Shown piece by piece: positions 28,873 to 39,348 of a stretch of DNA of 64,000 nucleotides; position 1 is the first letter of the stretch, and every line of letters starts with the position of its first letter. Source of the DNA: an uncultured virus (IMG/VR IMGVR_UViG_3300016478_000199). Its lineage: Duplodnaviria; Heunggongvirae; Uroviricota; Caudoviricetes. The position numbers and the translations under genes were made by a program. The DNA is taken from IMG/VR virus record IMGVR_UViG_3300016478_000199; one strand, 5' to 3'. The notes beneath the pieces were generated by a model. It had not been told where the DNA came from. It did not search any database and was given only the letters and a program-made list of their open reading frames with translations.

Positions 28873-30053
28873 TCTGCCACCGTAACGCCGTTGGCAATGA
28901 TTCCCGCGTGCCGGCCAATTTCCTGCAGCGGAGCCGGCGCCAGGACAGGATCATAACGATTCAGCGCCGAGGCGCTGGCAACTGCAGCGCTGCTGATCTC
29001 GACCGGCCCCTTCTCCATCTGCATGAGCGAAAAGGCGTTCATGTTGGCATACCGGCTCGGCCCGCGACCGCCAGTGGTCGAGGAACAGTTCGATGCGCCG
29101 TACAGGCCGTCGTAGTCGTCGTAGACCTTGCGGGGGCGCAGGGAGTTGCGCAGGATGCACAGGGCCTCATTGTAGGCCGTTGCCACACGCGAAAGCGCAG
29201 CCTTCAGGTGCGCCGGCAGGCTGGCAATCGACGAAATGGTGCGGAAGATGTTGATCCCCACCTGCGCGATGTCGCTGGCGATGCCGATCAGCTTGTTGGC
29301 CACCGCACTGATGCCGTTCTTCACCGCGTTGACGGTGGTAATCACGGCGTTCATGACCGACGCGGAGACCTCTACGAATTTGCGGATGGTCGAGGCAATA
29401 GGCTCCAGCGCTCGATCAACAAAGCTGACAGCCTCGGCGACCCAGTCCTGCACGTTGGCCGCGAACTCCCACAGAGCGCCAAGAACGCCTTCCAGCGCTC
29501 CAAGGCCGCCAGGGATGTTGCCAAGGAACGGCACAATCCGCAGCGGGTTGTCGATGCTGGTGTCGATAGCCTGCAGGCGAATGTTGTACTGAAACAGCAG
29601 CGGGCGAGAACGCGAACGCCGCAGCTGAAACATCATCGGCACCACGCTCCACGTGAAGTTGTCGAGCATGTCGACGAAGATCAGCTTCACCGTGGCCGGA
29701 TCGCGCCCGCTCTCGATGGCGAGCTGCTTGGCCGAGTGGTACTGGTGCGCGACAAGGTCATTCAGCGCCTCGAACGACTGCGCACCGTCCATGCCAGACC
29801 CGCCGCCTGCACGCCAGCCGGTGTGACCGGAAATTGTCACCGAAGGCAGGCCCTCACCAAAGTTGTCTACCCAGCCGTTTGTCACACGGCCAAGCGTCTG
29901 GTGCACGGTAGCCCGCGAAGGCTCGTCGCGCTGCAGATCCTCAGGCCTGACTTTCAGTGTCACAGGCGCGCCGATGATCCCCCCGTTGTTGAGCACAAAG
30001 GCGATTGGCCGGACGCCGGCACGCTGGTCAGTTGGGGGCGCGGTCTGGAGCAT
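28869..30053 (-). CDS. Baseplate/tail tube initiator-like protein
   Basis: QTLG...WVDNFGEGL..TISGHTG; position in the baseplate operon. Confidence 0.65.
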   Translation of the reverse strand: MLQTAPPTDQRAGVRPIAFVLNNGGIIGAPVTLKVRPEDLQRDEPSRATVHQTLGRVTNGWVDNFGEGLPSVTISGHTGWRAGGGSGMDGAQSFEALNDLVAHQYHSAKQLAIESGRDPATVKLIFVDMLDNFTWSVVPMMFQLRRSRSRPLLFQYNIRLQAIDTSIDNPLRIVPFLGNIPGGLGALEGVLGALWEFAANVQDWVAEAVSFVDRALEPIASTIRKFVEVSASVMNAVITTVNAVKNGISAVANKLIGIASDIAQVGINIFRTISSIASLPAHLKAALSRVATAYNEALCILRNSLRPRKVYDDYDGLYGASNCSSTTGGRGPSRYANMNAFSLMQMEKGPVEISSAAVASASALNRYDPVLAPAPLQEIGRHAGIIANGVTVAE

Positions 30054-30076
30054 GGCTGCAGTGTAGGCTCACGACA

Positions 30077-30370
30077 CTAGCCGCCGGCGAACACGTTGGC
30101 GCTGCCTGTGGCGACCGTCGAGCCACACGCCACCGGATCGCCAATGCGTCCGATCTGTTTACCGTTGACGTAGACGGTCGAGCTGCCGGCGGCCAGCACG
30201 CTATCGTGGGTCTCGGGAATGGTCGGGCAAGTGTGCGGCGCCCATGCGTCGCCCTGACGGTGCACCGCTATTCCGTTGACGAACACGTCCGGCGATGCCC
30301 CGGTGCTGGGCCTTGGTGGCCAGCATCCATGACCGCTGCAGCTATCCCCAAGGCGAGTGACAGCAGGCAT
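30077..30370 (-). CDS. PAAR-domain spike tip protein
   Basis: MPAVTRLGD..SGH...VFVNG..RQGD....H...GSSTVYVNGK..RIGD. Confidence 0.93.
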   Translation of the reverse strand: MPAVTRLGDSCSGHGCWPPRPSTGASPDVFVNGIAVHRQGDAWAPHTCPTIPETHDSVLAAGSSTVYVNGKQIGRIGDPVACGSTVATGSANVFAGG

Positions 30371-31029
30371 CAGTTCAGATCCACGCGAGCGGCAGTGACC
30401 TTGAAATTCCCCACAGCCGTGATGTCCACGTTTCCGCCGGCACCGATGGCCACGTTTCCACCGGCCTGAATAGTCAGGTCGGTATCCAGCTCCAGAGATA
30501 CATTGCCATCCGGCGCCATGGTCAGCACCACGGCATTACCGGCCAGGCCAATTCGCACGTTTACCTGGCGACCTGTGTTGCGATCTGCCGCTGCGCCACC
30601 GTCAGCATTGCTGTAGGGCACTTTGTCAGGCGTCTCGCCGATCCGCACATAGGCGCCGCCCGGGTGGCTCAGCTGGATGTTTCCGTCGCCATCGATCATC
30701 CACTCCACGTCGGATTGATGACGGCCATACCGAACCCTAGGATCAGTCGACAGAACCTGATTGACCTGCGGGAATAGGAAGCCGACCACCACCGGATTGC
30801 GGCCAAGGTAGCCGACGATGGCGATCTGATCCTGGCCTGTGCGCTGGCTTATGTCCCACTTGTTCGCCCGTTCTGGAACGGATGGCAGGTCGACCGTCCC
30901 GGTTCGAGTGCTACCGCTTGGGGTCAGCACCTGCACTCCGCTCAGGCGGGAGTTATCGTCGACCATTACCAGATCGACCGAGTAGTCTTCCGGGTGCGTG
31001 GCCACGACCACGCCCATACGCATGCTCAT
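30370..31029 (-). CDS. Baseplate central spike (gpV-like)
   Basis: OB-fold-like N-terminus, beta-helix repeats at C-terminus (IQAGGNVAIGAGGNVDITA), adjacent to PAAR. Confidence 0.8.
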   Translation of the reverse strand: MSMRMGVVVATHPEDYSVDLVMVDDNSRLSGVQVLTPSGSTRTGTVDLPSVPERANKWDISQRTGQDQIAIVGYLGRNPVVVGFLFPQVNQVLSTDPRVRYGRHQSDVEWMIDGDGNIQLSHPGGAYVRIGETPDKVPYSNADGGAAADRNTGRQVNVRIGLAGNAVVLTMAPDGNVSLELDTDLTIQAGGNVAIGAGGNVDITAVGNFKVTAARVDLN

Positions 31030-32585
31030 GTGTCATTCCTCGACTGCAGAGGCGAGCGCCGCACCTGCTCTGCCAGCCAGGGTGACGACACGCCGGCTTC
31101 CAGGGCAGTGCGCTTGGCAAAGCCTTCGCCACGCTCAAATTGCAAGGTTGTGGTGTAGCTCTGCAGCGGCAGAAACTCGTCTGTTATCGACACGACATAG
31201 GCCTGAAAGGCAATGTTCCCGGTGCGGAACAGAGCATAGTCACCGGCCTTCATCGCCTCGATGCCGTCCGGGCGCATGGGGCCGCCTTTGATCCGCGCTG
31301 ACCCGCGCTCAAGCACCACGTTGTCGCGGTTCATCTCCATCATGATCCGGCGGCGCTTGTCGATCCAGGCCTCGATTTGCCGGCTTCTGGCATCCTGCTC
31401 TGCAGCATCCTGACCGCTGCCCATGTTGACGATTGCGTCGTCGCCCTGCTGGGTGCCGCCGTACATGGGGCGGACGCCATAGAACTTGACGGCAGAGTTC
31501 GGGTATTCCTTCAGGTTGACAGTGTCGTTCTTCTCGCTGATCGCCGACAGCTTGCGGTACAGGTCATCGACCAGATCAAAGCGGCTGTTGTTGACCCAGT
31601 AGAAGTTGGCCACGTTGGCGTCTGAGCGTGCCACGGACAGGCTGACGATGTAGTCGTCTGGCACCTCGACCACGATAGGGTCTGGCGCATCCTCTTGGAT
31701 TTTACGGCTCTCGGCGCCGTCCGGTTTCGACAAATGAAGAGCCGGAATCGGGCGATAAACCACATGCACGCCGTCTTCACGGTCTTCGGTGTACAGCTCA
31801 TTCCAGACGCCGACATCGCCATAGAAGCGTAGGATGTCGTAGATCGAACCCTGCATGTTTTGGTAGCTGTTGTTCACCACCCCATGCTTGACCGCGATCC
31901 CATCGCCTACAATCAGCGAGCGCGGCATCGGTGACTTCTCGGGCATGAACTTCGAGATGTGCGGATTGATCACCTTCTCGATCATGCGCCGCACGAACTC
32001 GGCCGAGGCCAGCACGTTTTCAGCCTGAACGCCGAACATGTCCCACAGGTTGAAGCTGGTCAGCAGGGCCTTGCCCTCGGCATACGACGCCAGGTAGAGC
32101 ACCTGAAAGGTCTGCCAGATTTTGCCGTAGTCCTGGCCAGACACGACCACAGTCCTGACCGGGCGTCCGTCGCCGGTCATGCTCTGCGAGCGCTGCACCT
32201 CGGACACGAAGCCACGCATCTTGATGGGCAGCTCCAATGGGCGCGGGCCGATTCCGTTCCACATGCGGATCTCAACCACGTCCATAGGCTCAACCAGTCC
32301 GTAGACCGATTCCAGGGCCGCAATCATGCCCATGCCCATGCCGCTATAAATGCCAGCGTTCTGCGGCTTGTCCGAGAAAGTGATGCTGAACGCGCCGGCC
32401 GGCTCACGCACGGATTTGCTCGTGACCACGCTAGAACCATCGCCCAAATAAGAGGTCAGGTCGATGTACTCATCCTTGCCGGAATACCGGACGGAAACAG
32501 CCGTATTTCCGTCGATTGTCGTGCGACTGATCGTCTTGTACAGCCGCACGCTCACTTCTGGCAGTGCGTCCTTAAGCTGGGGCAT
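31026..32585 (-). CDS. Baseplate hub protein
   Basis: 519 aa between tape measure and spike genes; MRGFV, SGQDYGK. Confidence 0.65.
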   Translation of the reverse strand: MPQLKDALPEVSVRLYKTISRTTIDGNTAVSVRYSGKDEYIDLTSYLGDGSSVVTSKSVREPAGAFSITFSDKPQNAGIYSGMGMGMIAALESVYGLVEPMDVVEIRMWNGIGPRPLELPIKMRGFVSEVQRSQSMTGDGRPVRTVVVSGQDYGKIWQTFQVLYLASYAEGKALLTSFNLWDMFGVQAENVLASAEFVRRMIEKVINPHISKFMPEKSPMPRSLIVGDGIAVKHGVVNNSYQNMQGSIYDILRFYGDVGVWNELYTEDREDGVHVVYRPIPALHLSKPDGAESRKIQEDAPDPIVVEVPDDYIVSLSVARSDANVANFYWVNNSRFDLVDDLYRKLSAISEKNDTVNLKEYPNSAVKFYGVRPMYGGTQQGDDAIVNMGSGQDAAEQDARSRQIEAWIDKRRRIMMEMNRDNVVLERGSARIKGGPMRPDGIEAMKAGDYALFRTGNIAFQAYVVSITDEFLPLQSYTTTLQFERGEGFAKRTALEAGVSSPWLAEQVRRSPLQSRNDT

Positions 32586-35455
32586 CAGCCGATCCTCTCA
32601 GTGCCGAACGGCGTGGCCGGGCCGACACGGTAGGCCAGGGCCTGCGTCGGCCGGATCTGCTGGCCGTTCTCGTTCTTGTGGATGATCTCGATGGGCGCTG
32701 CATCGAACCGAATCCGGTGCTCACGGTCACCGCCAACTGCATCGTCGGGCAGCGGCATACCCTCACCGGCATTGCGGTTCATGATGCCACGGATCGACGG
32801 CACATAGGTCGAGGTCTCGGCGTTGCTCCAGCGGCTTTTTTTCCAACCGCCGTTGTAGGCGCGCAGCGCATCATCCCAGTTGCCGAACTTCTGCTTGTTC
32901 TCCCGCATGATCTCCTTCTGCAGAAACGCCGCGTCCTGCGGGTCGAACGGGTCGAACTTGCGGCCAAAACGGCGCTCCAGGCTGGCCAGCGTGTCCGGCA
33001 TGATCTGAGCAAGTCCCATGGCGCCTGCAGGGCTTACAGCCTTCGGGTTGTAACCGCTCTCCTGCTCCATCTGCGCCCACAGCATTCCTTCAGGTGCGCC
33101 AATCTCCCGCTCGTAGCCGGCCACCAGGGCGCGCAGCGCAGGATCGCCCGTAGCTCCACCTGCCGCACCGGCAGCTGCTGCCTGACCACCGCCTCGGCGA
33201 CCGTTGGCAAAGCGCCGGCGCGGGCCATAAGTAGGGCTGGCGGCTTCGCCAGGCGCCAGAATGCTCTGCTCCACCTCGGAGCGCATCTTGCGCACCCGTT
33301 CCTTGTGCTGTTCGTTTTCCTCTTCCAACAGCTCGGATTGCTCTTCCAGAAGGCGGGCAATCTCGGCGTTCGCCTCTTCCTGAATGCGACGGGAGTTCTC
33401 GATGGTGCTGTAGTCGGTCTGATCCTCGCTCAGGCGCGCATTCAGTATCCGCTCGTCTTGCTCATTGATCAGCGCCTTGTACTTACCCTTGATTGCTTGC
33501 TTCCGGCCGGCTGAGTCGCCCTCAAGCACCTTCTCCTGAATGTCGGCAGCAGACATCTCGCCCTTGCCGGCGATGTACATGATCCCGTGGCGCATCTCCT
33601 GCGTCAGCGGAATGAGCCGGTCGGCAATCGAGGTCTTGATGTTGTCCAGGGCATTCTTGCTGTCGCGGATGTCCTTGCCTTGGGTCATTTCCTGATCGCG
33701 CGAAGCAATCAGCCGGGTCAGAAGCTCTTTTTGCGCGCCGGACGAACCGGACGACATCGTCTCTTCCAAGCGGCGCTGTTCATCAGCCGTCAGTGCGCCG
33801 GCGCCGGTGCGGGATTGCAGGTCGCGGGCTACCGCCTGGCGATCAGCGTCACTGCCGAACATGACCTTGGACATGGACGCGATGCCGCCGGCATTCAGGT
33901 CGGTCAAGTTGACGCCTGCCGCCCGCATGCGTTTCTCCATCTCGCCGGTCTGGTTTGGGTCGATGGACAGCAGCGCCATCGCTTGGTGCATGTTCACACC
34001 AAGATGGTTGGCCGTTGCGTGGGCCAGCATGCCCTGATTGCCGCCATACTGCCGGCGCAGCTCGCTCAGCGATGCCCCAAGAAATGTTTCGCCGCCACCC
34101 GGGCCGCGCATGCCAAAGCGCGAGGCCATGCTGCCAGGCCCGAACGTGCTGTCGAGGGTAGAGAAAGCGCCACCTTCGCGCCAAAGCTGCATTTGGAACG
34201 GGTCAAGGCCTTGGCGAGCGCCAATGGTCGCAGAAAAGAACTGCGAGGCCTCGCCCTTGGCGCCGCCTGCGGACAGCGAGGCGTTTACCCGAGCAAGCAG
34301 TCCTGCGGCACCAGCCGGATCAAGGCCGGGGATGCCAGAACCGGCGAGCGCGGAGAACATGCCGGCATAGCCGCCCACGTTGGCGCCAAGGCTTGCCCGA
34401 GTCTGCTGGGTGGCGTAGCCGGCAATCGCATCCATGACCTCGTCGGCCTTGGCAAAGGCATTTGACCTGGCAATCGTCTCGCCGATCAGCAGCGCGAACT
34501 TGCGACTGTCCTGCTCATTGCTGGTCAGTCGCAGGCCTCGCATGGTGCCCAGCGTGCCAACACCCTGCGAGGGGTCGAGGCCATAGGCACGCGACAGTCC
34601 AACGCCGGTTTCCAGCTCACTGGACAGCGTCTTATACTGGTCTGAGGTCAGGTTGCCCAGCTTGGCAAACTGGGTGCCGAGACGGCCCGCCTCGTCAAAA
34701 GTGATCTTGACGTTTCCTGCAGCGCCTTCGACAACAGACTTCAGTGCCCCAAAGGACACATTCACGTCGCCGATCATGCGCTTCAGACGGTCATAGGCGA
34801 CCGCGTTATCCTCGGCCTGGCCCATCTTCTCGGTGGCCGCGCCAATCAGCTTGGTGATGCCAAGTGCGCCCAGGCCGCCAAGCAGCCCGATCAGGCCTGC
34901 ACCCATCCCCATCGACATACCCGTCGACAAAGAATTGGCAGCTACACCACCAACAGGCCCGAAGGCACGCAGGCCAGCACCAGCCCACTGCGCGCCAACA
35001 CCGCCCGCGCCACGGTTGCGGTTGCTTGTGGGCGGATCAGGGGCGCGATTAGGCTGCGATTGGCCGCTGCCAGAGCCACCCTGCCCTCCCGCAGGCGGAA
35101 CAGGCGTATGGAAGGCCTGGCCGGTGACGTAGCTGAACGCCTTGGCCATCTGGCGCTGCCTTGAAGCCTGATCCGGGTACATTTTTGCCCAGTCAAGCTC
35201 AAAGAAGCCGGCACCGCCCTGCCCGGTGGTCTTGATCCGCTTGTTCAGGTCGCCAGAGACCCGCTTGAGCGTTTCGAACTGGGCAACGACCTTGCGCATG
35301 TCGTCGACAGTCGTCTTCCCAATCGGGTTGAACTGCACCTTGTTGGCCTGGGCGATCTGCTGCCCAAGGCTGTTCAACTGCTGGCGGAACTGCTGCAGCT
35401 GCTGCTCGATCTGGCTGGGATCAAAATCGGCGCTGACTGGAATTTTGATGCTCAT
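32585..35455 (-). CDS. Tape measure protein with C-terminal lytic transglycosylase domain
   Basis: Long Ala/Gly-rich helical ORF; QESGYNPKAVSPAGAMGLAQIMPDT...ALRAYNGG. Confidence 0.92.
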   Translation of the reverse strand: MSIKIPVSADFDPSQIEQQLQQFRQQLNSLGQQIAQANKVQFNPIGKTTVDDMRKVVAQFETLKRVSGDLNKRIKTTGQGGAGFFELDWAKMYPDQASRQRQMAKAFSYVTGQAFHTPVPPAGGQGGSGSGQSQPNRAPDPPTSNRNRGAGGVGAQWAGAGLRAFGPVGGVAANSLSTGMSMGMGAGLIGLLGGLGALGITKLIGAATEKMGQAEDNAVAYDRLKRMIGDVNVSFGALKSVVEGAAGNVKITFDEAGRLGTQFAKLGNLTSDQYKTLSSELETGVGLSRAYGLDPSQGVGTLGTMRGLRLTSNEQDSRKFALLIGETIARSNAFAKADEVMDAIAGYATQQTRASLGANVGGYAGMFSALAGSGIPGLDPAGAAGLLARVNASLSAGGAKGEASQFFSATIGARQGLDPFQMQLWREGGAFSTLDSTFGPGSMASRFGMRGPGGGETFLGASLSELRRQYGGNQGMLAHATANHLGVNMHQAMALLSIDPNQTGEMEKRMRAAGVNLTDLNAGGIASMSKVMFGSDADRQAVARDLQSRTGAGALTADEQRRLEETMSSGSSGAQKELLTRLIASRDQEMTQGKDIRDSKNALDNIKTSIADRLIPLTQEMRHGIMYIAGKGEMSAADIQEKVLEGDSAGRKQAIKGKYKALINEQDERILNARLSEDQTDYSTIENSRRIQEEANAEIARLLEEQSELLEEENEQHKERVRKMRSEVEQSILAPGEAASPTYGPRRRFANGRRGGGQAAAAGAAGGATGDPALRALVAGYEREIGAPEGMLWAQMEQESGYNPKAVSPAGAMGLAQIMPDTLASLERRFGRKFDPFDPQDAAFLQKEIMRENKQKFGNWDDALRAYNGGWKKSRWSNAETSTYVPSIRGIMNRNAGEGMPLPDDAVGGDREHRIRFDAAPIEIIHKNENGQQIRPTQALAYRVGPATPFGTERIG

Positions 35456-35456
35456 A

Positions 35457-35726
35457 TCAGCTCAGTGGCTCCCACTCTTCAGGGTTGTTTTCCAGCTTCG
35501 CCAGCTCGGCTTCCAGATCGAACTCGTCGTCTTCCACCTCTTCCGCAGCCTTGGGATCTTCGAAGAAGGTGTGCGCCCAGTAGTCGGTCAGCATCTCTTC
35601 CAGCGTGCAATCCAAGAAGCGCGGGTCTGTACTGGTCAGGCCGTACTTGCGCCGGAACCAGAACTCGACAGTCTTGCTGCGCTCTCGCCCGTTACTCTTT
35701 GCCGCCCGTCGCAGATTGTCCGCGAA
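35457..35726 (-). CDS. Tail assembly chaperone extension (gpT-like), probably reached by +1 frameshift
   Basis: No own RBS/ATG; WFRRKYGL..TDPRFL; overlaps the end of the upstream chaperone gene. Confidence 0.7.
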   Translation of the reverse strand, partial: FADNLRRAAKSNGRERSKTVEFWFRRKYGLTSTDPRFLDCTLEEMLTDYWAHTFFEDPKAAEEVEDDEFDLEAELAKLENNPEEWEPLS

Positions 35727-36027
35727 AAGACCGCTCCTTATCGCGCAGCTGGGTGTGTACCCGTGCCAGCTTCGCATAGGTTTCGTCGTCGAGCGGATCC
35801 AGCTCTTCGATGTTCCAGCCTTCAGGCGCCTCGACCGTCAGCACGCTCAGGTCAGCGATCCAGCCGCCAACAGTGGCCAGCCAGGCCGTCGGCTCCACGC
35901 CGTCGATGATCCGCGCAAACTCACGTTGAATCTTGATCTCGTCGCGCATGGTGCGGCGAGCAAAAACAAAGGTGCCGACGCCTTCAACGTCGACGGAGAA
36001 GTCAGTTTTCTGTGCTTCGCGTGCCAT
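35692..36027 (-). CDS. Tail assembly chaperone (gpG-like)
   Basis: 111 aa between tube and tape measure; ends ERSFRGQ. Confidence 0.8.
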   Translation of the reverse strand: MAREAQKTDFSVDVEGVGTFVFARRTMRDEIKIQREFARIIDGVEPTAWLATVGGWIADLSVLTVEAPEGWNIEELDPLDDETYAKLARVHTQLRDKERSFRGQSATGGKE

Positions 36028-36098
36028 TTTCTTTTCCTGTTCAAGTAAAAGGCCGCCAGCCTTCGCGGGCGTGGCGGCCTATATTAAAGCATCACTGA

Positions 36099-36521
36099 TC
36101 AGGCAGCGGTGCCAACAACATCCAGCGCGTAGAACTGGCCGGACTGCATGACGATGGCATGCTTGGAGAACTCCAAGTCGCCAGAGGCATACGAGCAGCC
36201 GATGTACTTGCGCAGCAGGGTGCCGTCGTCTTTGGAATAGACCTCGATGTCGAACACCAGGCCCTGCAGCATCTGCTCGCCGTTTTCAGCAGCGATGCCC
36301 GCCTCCATCATGGCGCCACGATTCAACAGCATGGCCGACACGCTCAGGGAGTGACGAGCCATGGTCGGCACGTACTCCTGAACATGGATGTCGCCAATGC
36401 CGCTGGCCGGCTCGGGGCTGTAGTCGTCGTTCGCACGGACGGACTGCAGCAGGCCGATCTGCTTACCATCGAGAACGATGGCAATCCGGTTACCGGAGCG
36501 GGTTTTCAGGTTCTGTCTCAT
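36099..36521 (-). CDS. Tail tube protein
   Basis: 140 aa after sheath; SGNRI..IG..QS....DY..EPASGIGDIHVQEYVP; terminator at 36047-36080. Confidence 0.85.
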   Translation of the reverse strand: MRQNLKTRSGNRIAIVLDGKQIGLLQSVRANDDYSPEPASGIGDIHVQEYVPTMARHSLSVSAMLLNRGAMMEAGIAAENGEQMLQGLVFDIEVYSKDDGTLLRKYIGCSYASGDLEFSKHAIVMQSGQFYALDVVGTAA

Positions 36522-36535
36522 AGTTGCGGCGCTCC

Positions 36536-38245
36536 TTACGCGCTAACCGTGCCGCTGTACGGAACAGCGAAAACGGTAACCAGAATGTAGTTGGCCGGGA
36601 TCACCGGGCTGCACTCGAACTCGATGCGGACGACATCGCCTTCCAGGCTGGCCTTGATGTTGCGGTAGGCCGGGCTGTTGGCGTCGCCGGCCAGTACACC
36701 GGGGCCTTGCGGCTCGGGACTGGCAAGTTCGCGCAGGGTGGATTCGGCAATGCTGATCGAGCGGGACAGAACCAGGGGGTTGCCCTTCTCGCCACGCAGC
36801 ACGTCGACCGCCTGACGGACGTTGCGCACCGTGAAGTCCAGGGCAAAGCCGGTGGACTGCTCAACGCGGTTGTAGTTGTCATTGACCAGCCAGGTGCTGA
36901 TCGACTTGACCACCTTGTAGCCGGTCTCGGTGTTCTCAACGCACAGCACGCCGCCGTTGATCAGAACATCGGTGTCGGTCGGATTGATCAGGTCGCGTTC
37001 CAGTCCGCGCACGGCAATGGTCTTGTTGGTCAGCGGGGTGCCCGGGTTCACGCCAGAGAACGCACCAGCGATCAGCGCAGCGGTCTGGTAAGGCTCAAAC
37101 AGAACCAGCGCGCCGCTGGCGTCGTAGTCGTAGTAACCCAGGTGTACCAGCGAGGTGCGGTCGGAGTTCAGCATCTTGGCGGCCGCAATCGCGTCGGCAT
37201 CCGAGGTGCCAGAAGCGGTACCGCAGATCGCGCGGCGCTCACGGCGCAGTTGGTTCGAGCTGAACTGCACATGAGCATCGGTCATCGCGTGAATGGCCGC
37301 ATCGCCACTCAGCGGAGTGACCCACTGAACATCCACAGCCTGCAGGGCATCGAAGGCGTCCGACCAGTCGCCGTTGGTGGTCACACCATCCGAACCGCCA
37401 GCCAGGAAGGTGTACGGGATGTTCTGTGGCAAGGTGCCCACGTTGCTGGCACGAGCAGCCGTGACGAAGCCTTCACCGTTGCCGTTGAACCAATCGACAA
37501 TCGCCTGCAGGTCGGCCTTGATGCTGCGGCGAGCGGTCTTGATGTCCGAGGCCGCCAGGAAGTCCAAGCCGTTAAGCGTCGGCTTGATGCCGCTGCGATC
37601 CTCGACCGAGGCGCTGAAGCCGTCGATGGAGTTGATGCGGTCGACCAAGGTGTCGACAGTCGAGAACTCGGCCAGCGGAATGGCGATAGTGTCGGAACCG
37701 GCGACCAGGGTAACCGTGGTGCCAGTCACCGCAATGGTGGCGGTCGCTTCAGCGCCCAGGTACTGCACGCTGAACGCGGTGCGACCCACGTTGTCAGCAG
37801 CGTAATAGTTGCTGCCGAGCTGGGTGGTCAGGCGCTTGCCAGACAGGGAGCCGTTCTCGATCCGCACCTTAATGAGGTTTTCGCCAAGGCCGTAGCCGGT
37901 CGAGGTCAGATTGATGACGGTGGCGTCGGCAGCATCTTTCAGCGCCAGGCTTGCCTGAGCAGCCGGATTGACGCGCATGGCTACGATGGTCTGCGGGCCG
38001 CCGGTCTGGTTGGACGGCGCAAAAGCCTTCAGCACGGCATCCAGCAGCTCGCCGCTACGCAGCACGCGCTTGGCTTCATCCGGGCTGCCAAAACGCAGCG
38101 GGGTCTTGGGCTTGCCACCGGCAGACTTGCCCACCAGGGCCAACACGTTGCCGACCGACAGGTTCTGGTTCCGCATGGCGTCGTCGTTGACAACGGATGC
38201 AGTAGTGGGCGTGACTAGCAACTGCCCGTTAAAGAAAACAGCCAT
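36536..38245 (-). CDS. Tail sheath protein
   Basis: MAVFFNG...VG...GGKP..F, LAGGSDG, TPLTNK, L...GV, P..PANYI. Confidence 0.92.
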   Translation of the reverse strand: MAVFFNGQLLVTPTTASVVNDDAMRNQNLSVGNVLALVGKSAGGKPKTPLRFGSPDEAKRVLRSGELLDAVLKAFAPSNQTGGPQTIVAMRVNPAAQASLALKDAADATVINLTSTGYGLGENLIKVRIENGSLSGKRLTTQLGSNYYAADNVGRTAFSVQYLGAEATATIAVTGTTVTLVAGSDTIAIPLAEFSTVDTLVDRINSIDGFSASVEDRSGIKPTLNGLDFLAASDIKTARRSIKADLQAIVDWFNGNGEGFVTAARASNVGTLPQNIPYTFLAGGSDGVTTNGDWSDAFDALQAVDVQWVTPLSGDAAIHAMTDAHVQFSSNQLRRERRAICGTASGTSDADAIAAAKMLNSDRTSLVHLGYYDYDASGALVLFEPYQTAALIAGAFSGVNPGTPLTNKTIAVRGLERDLINPTDTDVLINGGVLCVENTETGYKVVKSISTWLVNDNYNRVEQSTGFALDFTVRNVRQAVDVLRGEKGNPLVLSRSISIAESTLRELASPEPQGPGVLAGDANSPAYRNIKASLEGDVVRIEFECSPVIPANYILVTVFAVPYSGTVSA

Positions 38246-38257
38246 GGGTTACCTCTC

Positions 38258-38473
38258 TCAGGCAGGCTTGTTGACGAAGGCTTCGAAGCGTTCCTTGTAG
38301 GCCGCTTCGGTGTCCTTCACTCGGCCGGCGCTCTTCTCGGTGAACTCGAAGGCACCGATCAGCGGGACGCGCCGGTTGGTTTCGGACAGCCGAGTGCAAA
38401 ACTCGGTAAGGGTAAGCAGCGCGCTGCCCGCACCTTCGGCGGGGGCGGCCGCAACATTGGTTGCTTTAGCCAT
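38258..38473 (-). CDS. Small virion-associated protein
   Basis: 71 aa directly upstream of sheath; AGGAG RBS. Confidence 0.7.
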   Translation of the reverse strand: MAKATNVAAAPAEGAGSALLTLTEFCTRLSETNRRVPLIGAFEFTEKSAGRVKDTEAAYKERFEAFVNKPA

Positions 38474-39302
38474 TGGTGCTCCTGATGGTGACGTCGTTGA
38501 CGAGGTTGTTGATGCGACCGCCTACGCGGACTGGGGCCAGGCATGAAAACGTGCTCATGACCTGATACAGCGGCGCGCCGTACTCGCCATTCACGGCATC
38601 GACGTCCTGCTGGGTAAGGTTGATCTGCTGAAAACCCTTCGAGTCGAAGACAGGAAGGTTGGCGACCACCAGGCGACGGATAGCCTTGCGCAGCTCGATG
38701 CGTTCGTCGCTGTTCAACGACCAGCCGATGATGATCAGTTGCACCTGGGCAAGCCAGCCCTCGGACTCCAGCCAGTAGTCGCCCGGGGCGTCGAACTCAT
38801 CGCCAGAAATATCCTCGCCAAGCGCGCGAATGTCCGGTGACTCGTTTTCCAAATGGATCGTGACCAGAGGGAAGCGCAGGTCTCGCTCAAGCGATGGCGG
38901 CGCGGTGTAGACCTGCACATAGCCAATCTCGCTCGACAGGTTACCGCGCTGCACCTCGACCAGAAGGCCTGCTTCCAGGCGCTCACGCACAAAAGACAGC
39001 ACGTCGGTCGAGTGCTCTTCATAGACGGCAGCCGGCGTCCCGCTGGCCGTTGCGCCAGAGGCCCAGGCAGTGCCGTCGAAATAGAACGGCTTGTAGAAGG
39101 CCGCCTGTTCGTTCACCAGCATGTAGGCGTCGACGATCACGCGCTCATCGCCCTCATAGGCGACATAGGCGCTGGCGTCATCGATCCCGGTGAAGGTATC
39201 AGCACCCTTGCGCAGAATGCGCCAAGATACCGCCCCATTAGGCGGTTCCAAAAAAAGCCGTAGCGCATTGCCGGCGTGCAGAGGCTGAATCATGCTGATC
39301 AT
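38466..39302 (-). CDS. Tail terminator/neck-like protein
   Basis: Position upstream of sheath; FPLVTIHL motif; late promoter motif. Confidence 0.6.
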   Translation of the reverse strand: MISMIQPLHAGNALRLFLEPPNGAVSWRILRKGADTFTGIDDASAYVAYEGDERVIVDAYMLVNEQAAFYKPFYFDGTAWASGATASGTPAAVYEEHSTDVLSFVRERLEAGLLVEVQRGNLSSEIGYVQVYTAPPSLERDLRFPLVTIHLENESPDIRALGEDISGDEFDAPGDYWLESEGWLAQVQLIIIGWSLNSDERIELRKAIRRLVVANLPVFDSKGFQQINLTQQDVDAVNGEYGAPLYQVMSTFSCLAPVRVGGRINNLVNDVTIRSTNG

Positions 39303-39348
39303 GTTTTGATTGTGGCATCACGACGAGACGTGACGGCATGCTAGGCCT

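Noticed and set aside
30077..31029. PAAR + spike as a type VI secretion locus
   Set aside because: Embedded in a full phage baseplate operon with capsid, portal and terminase; no membrane complex or ClpV
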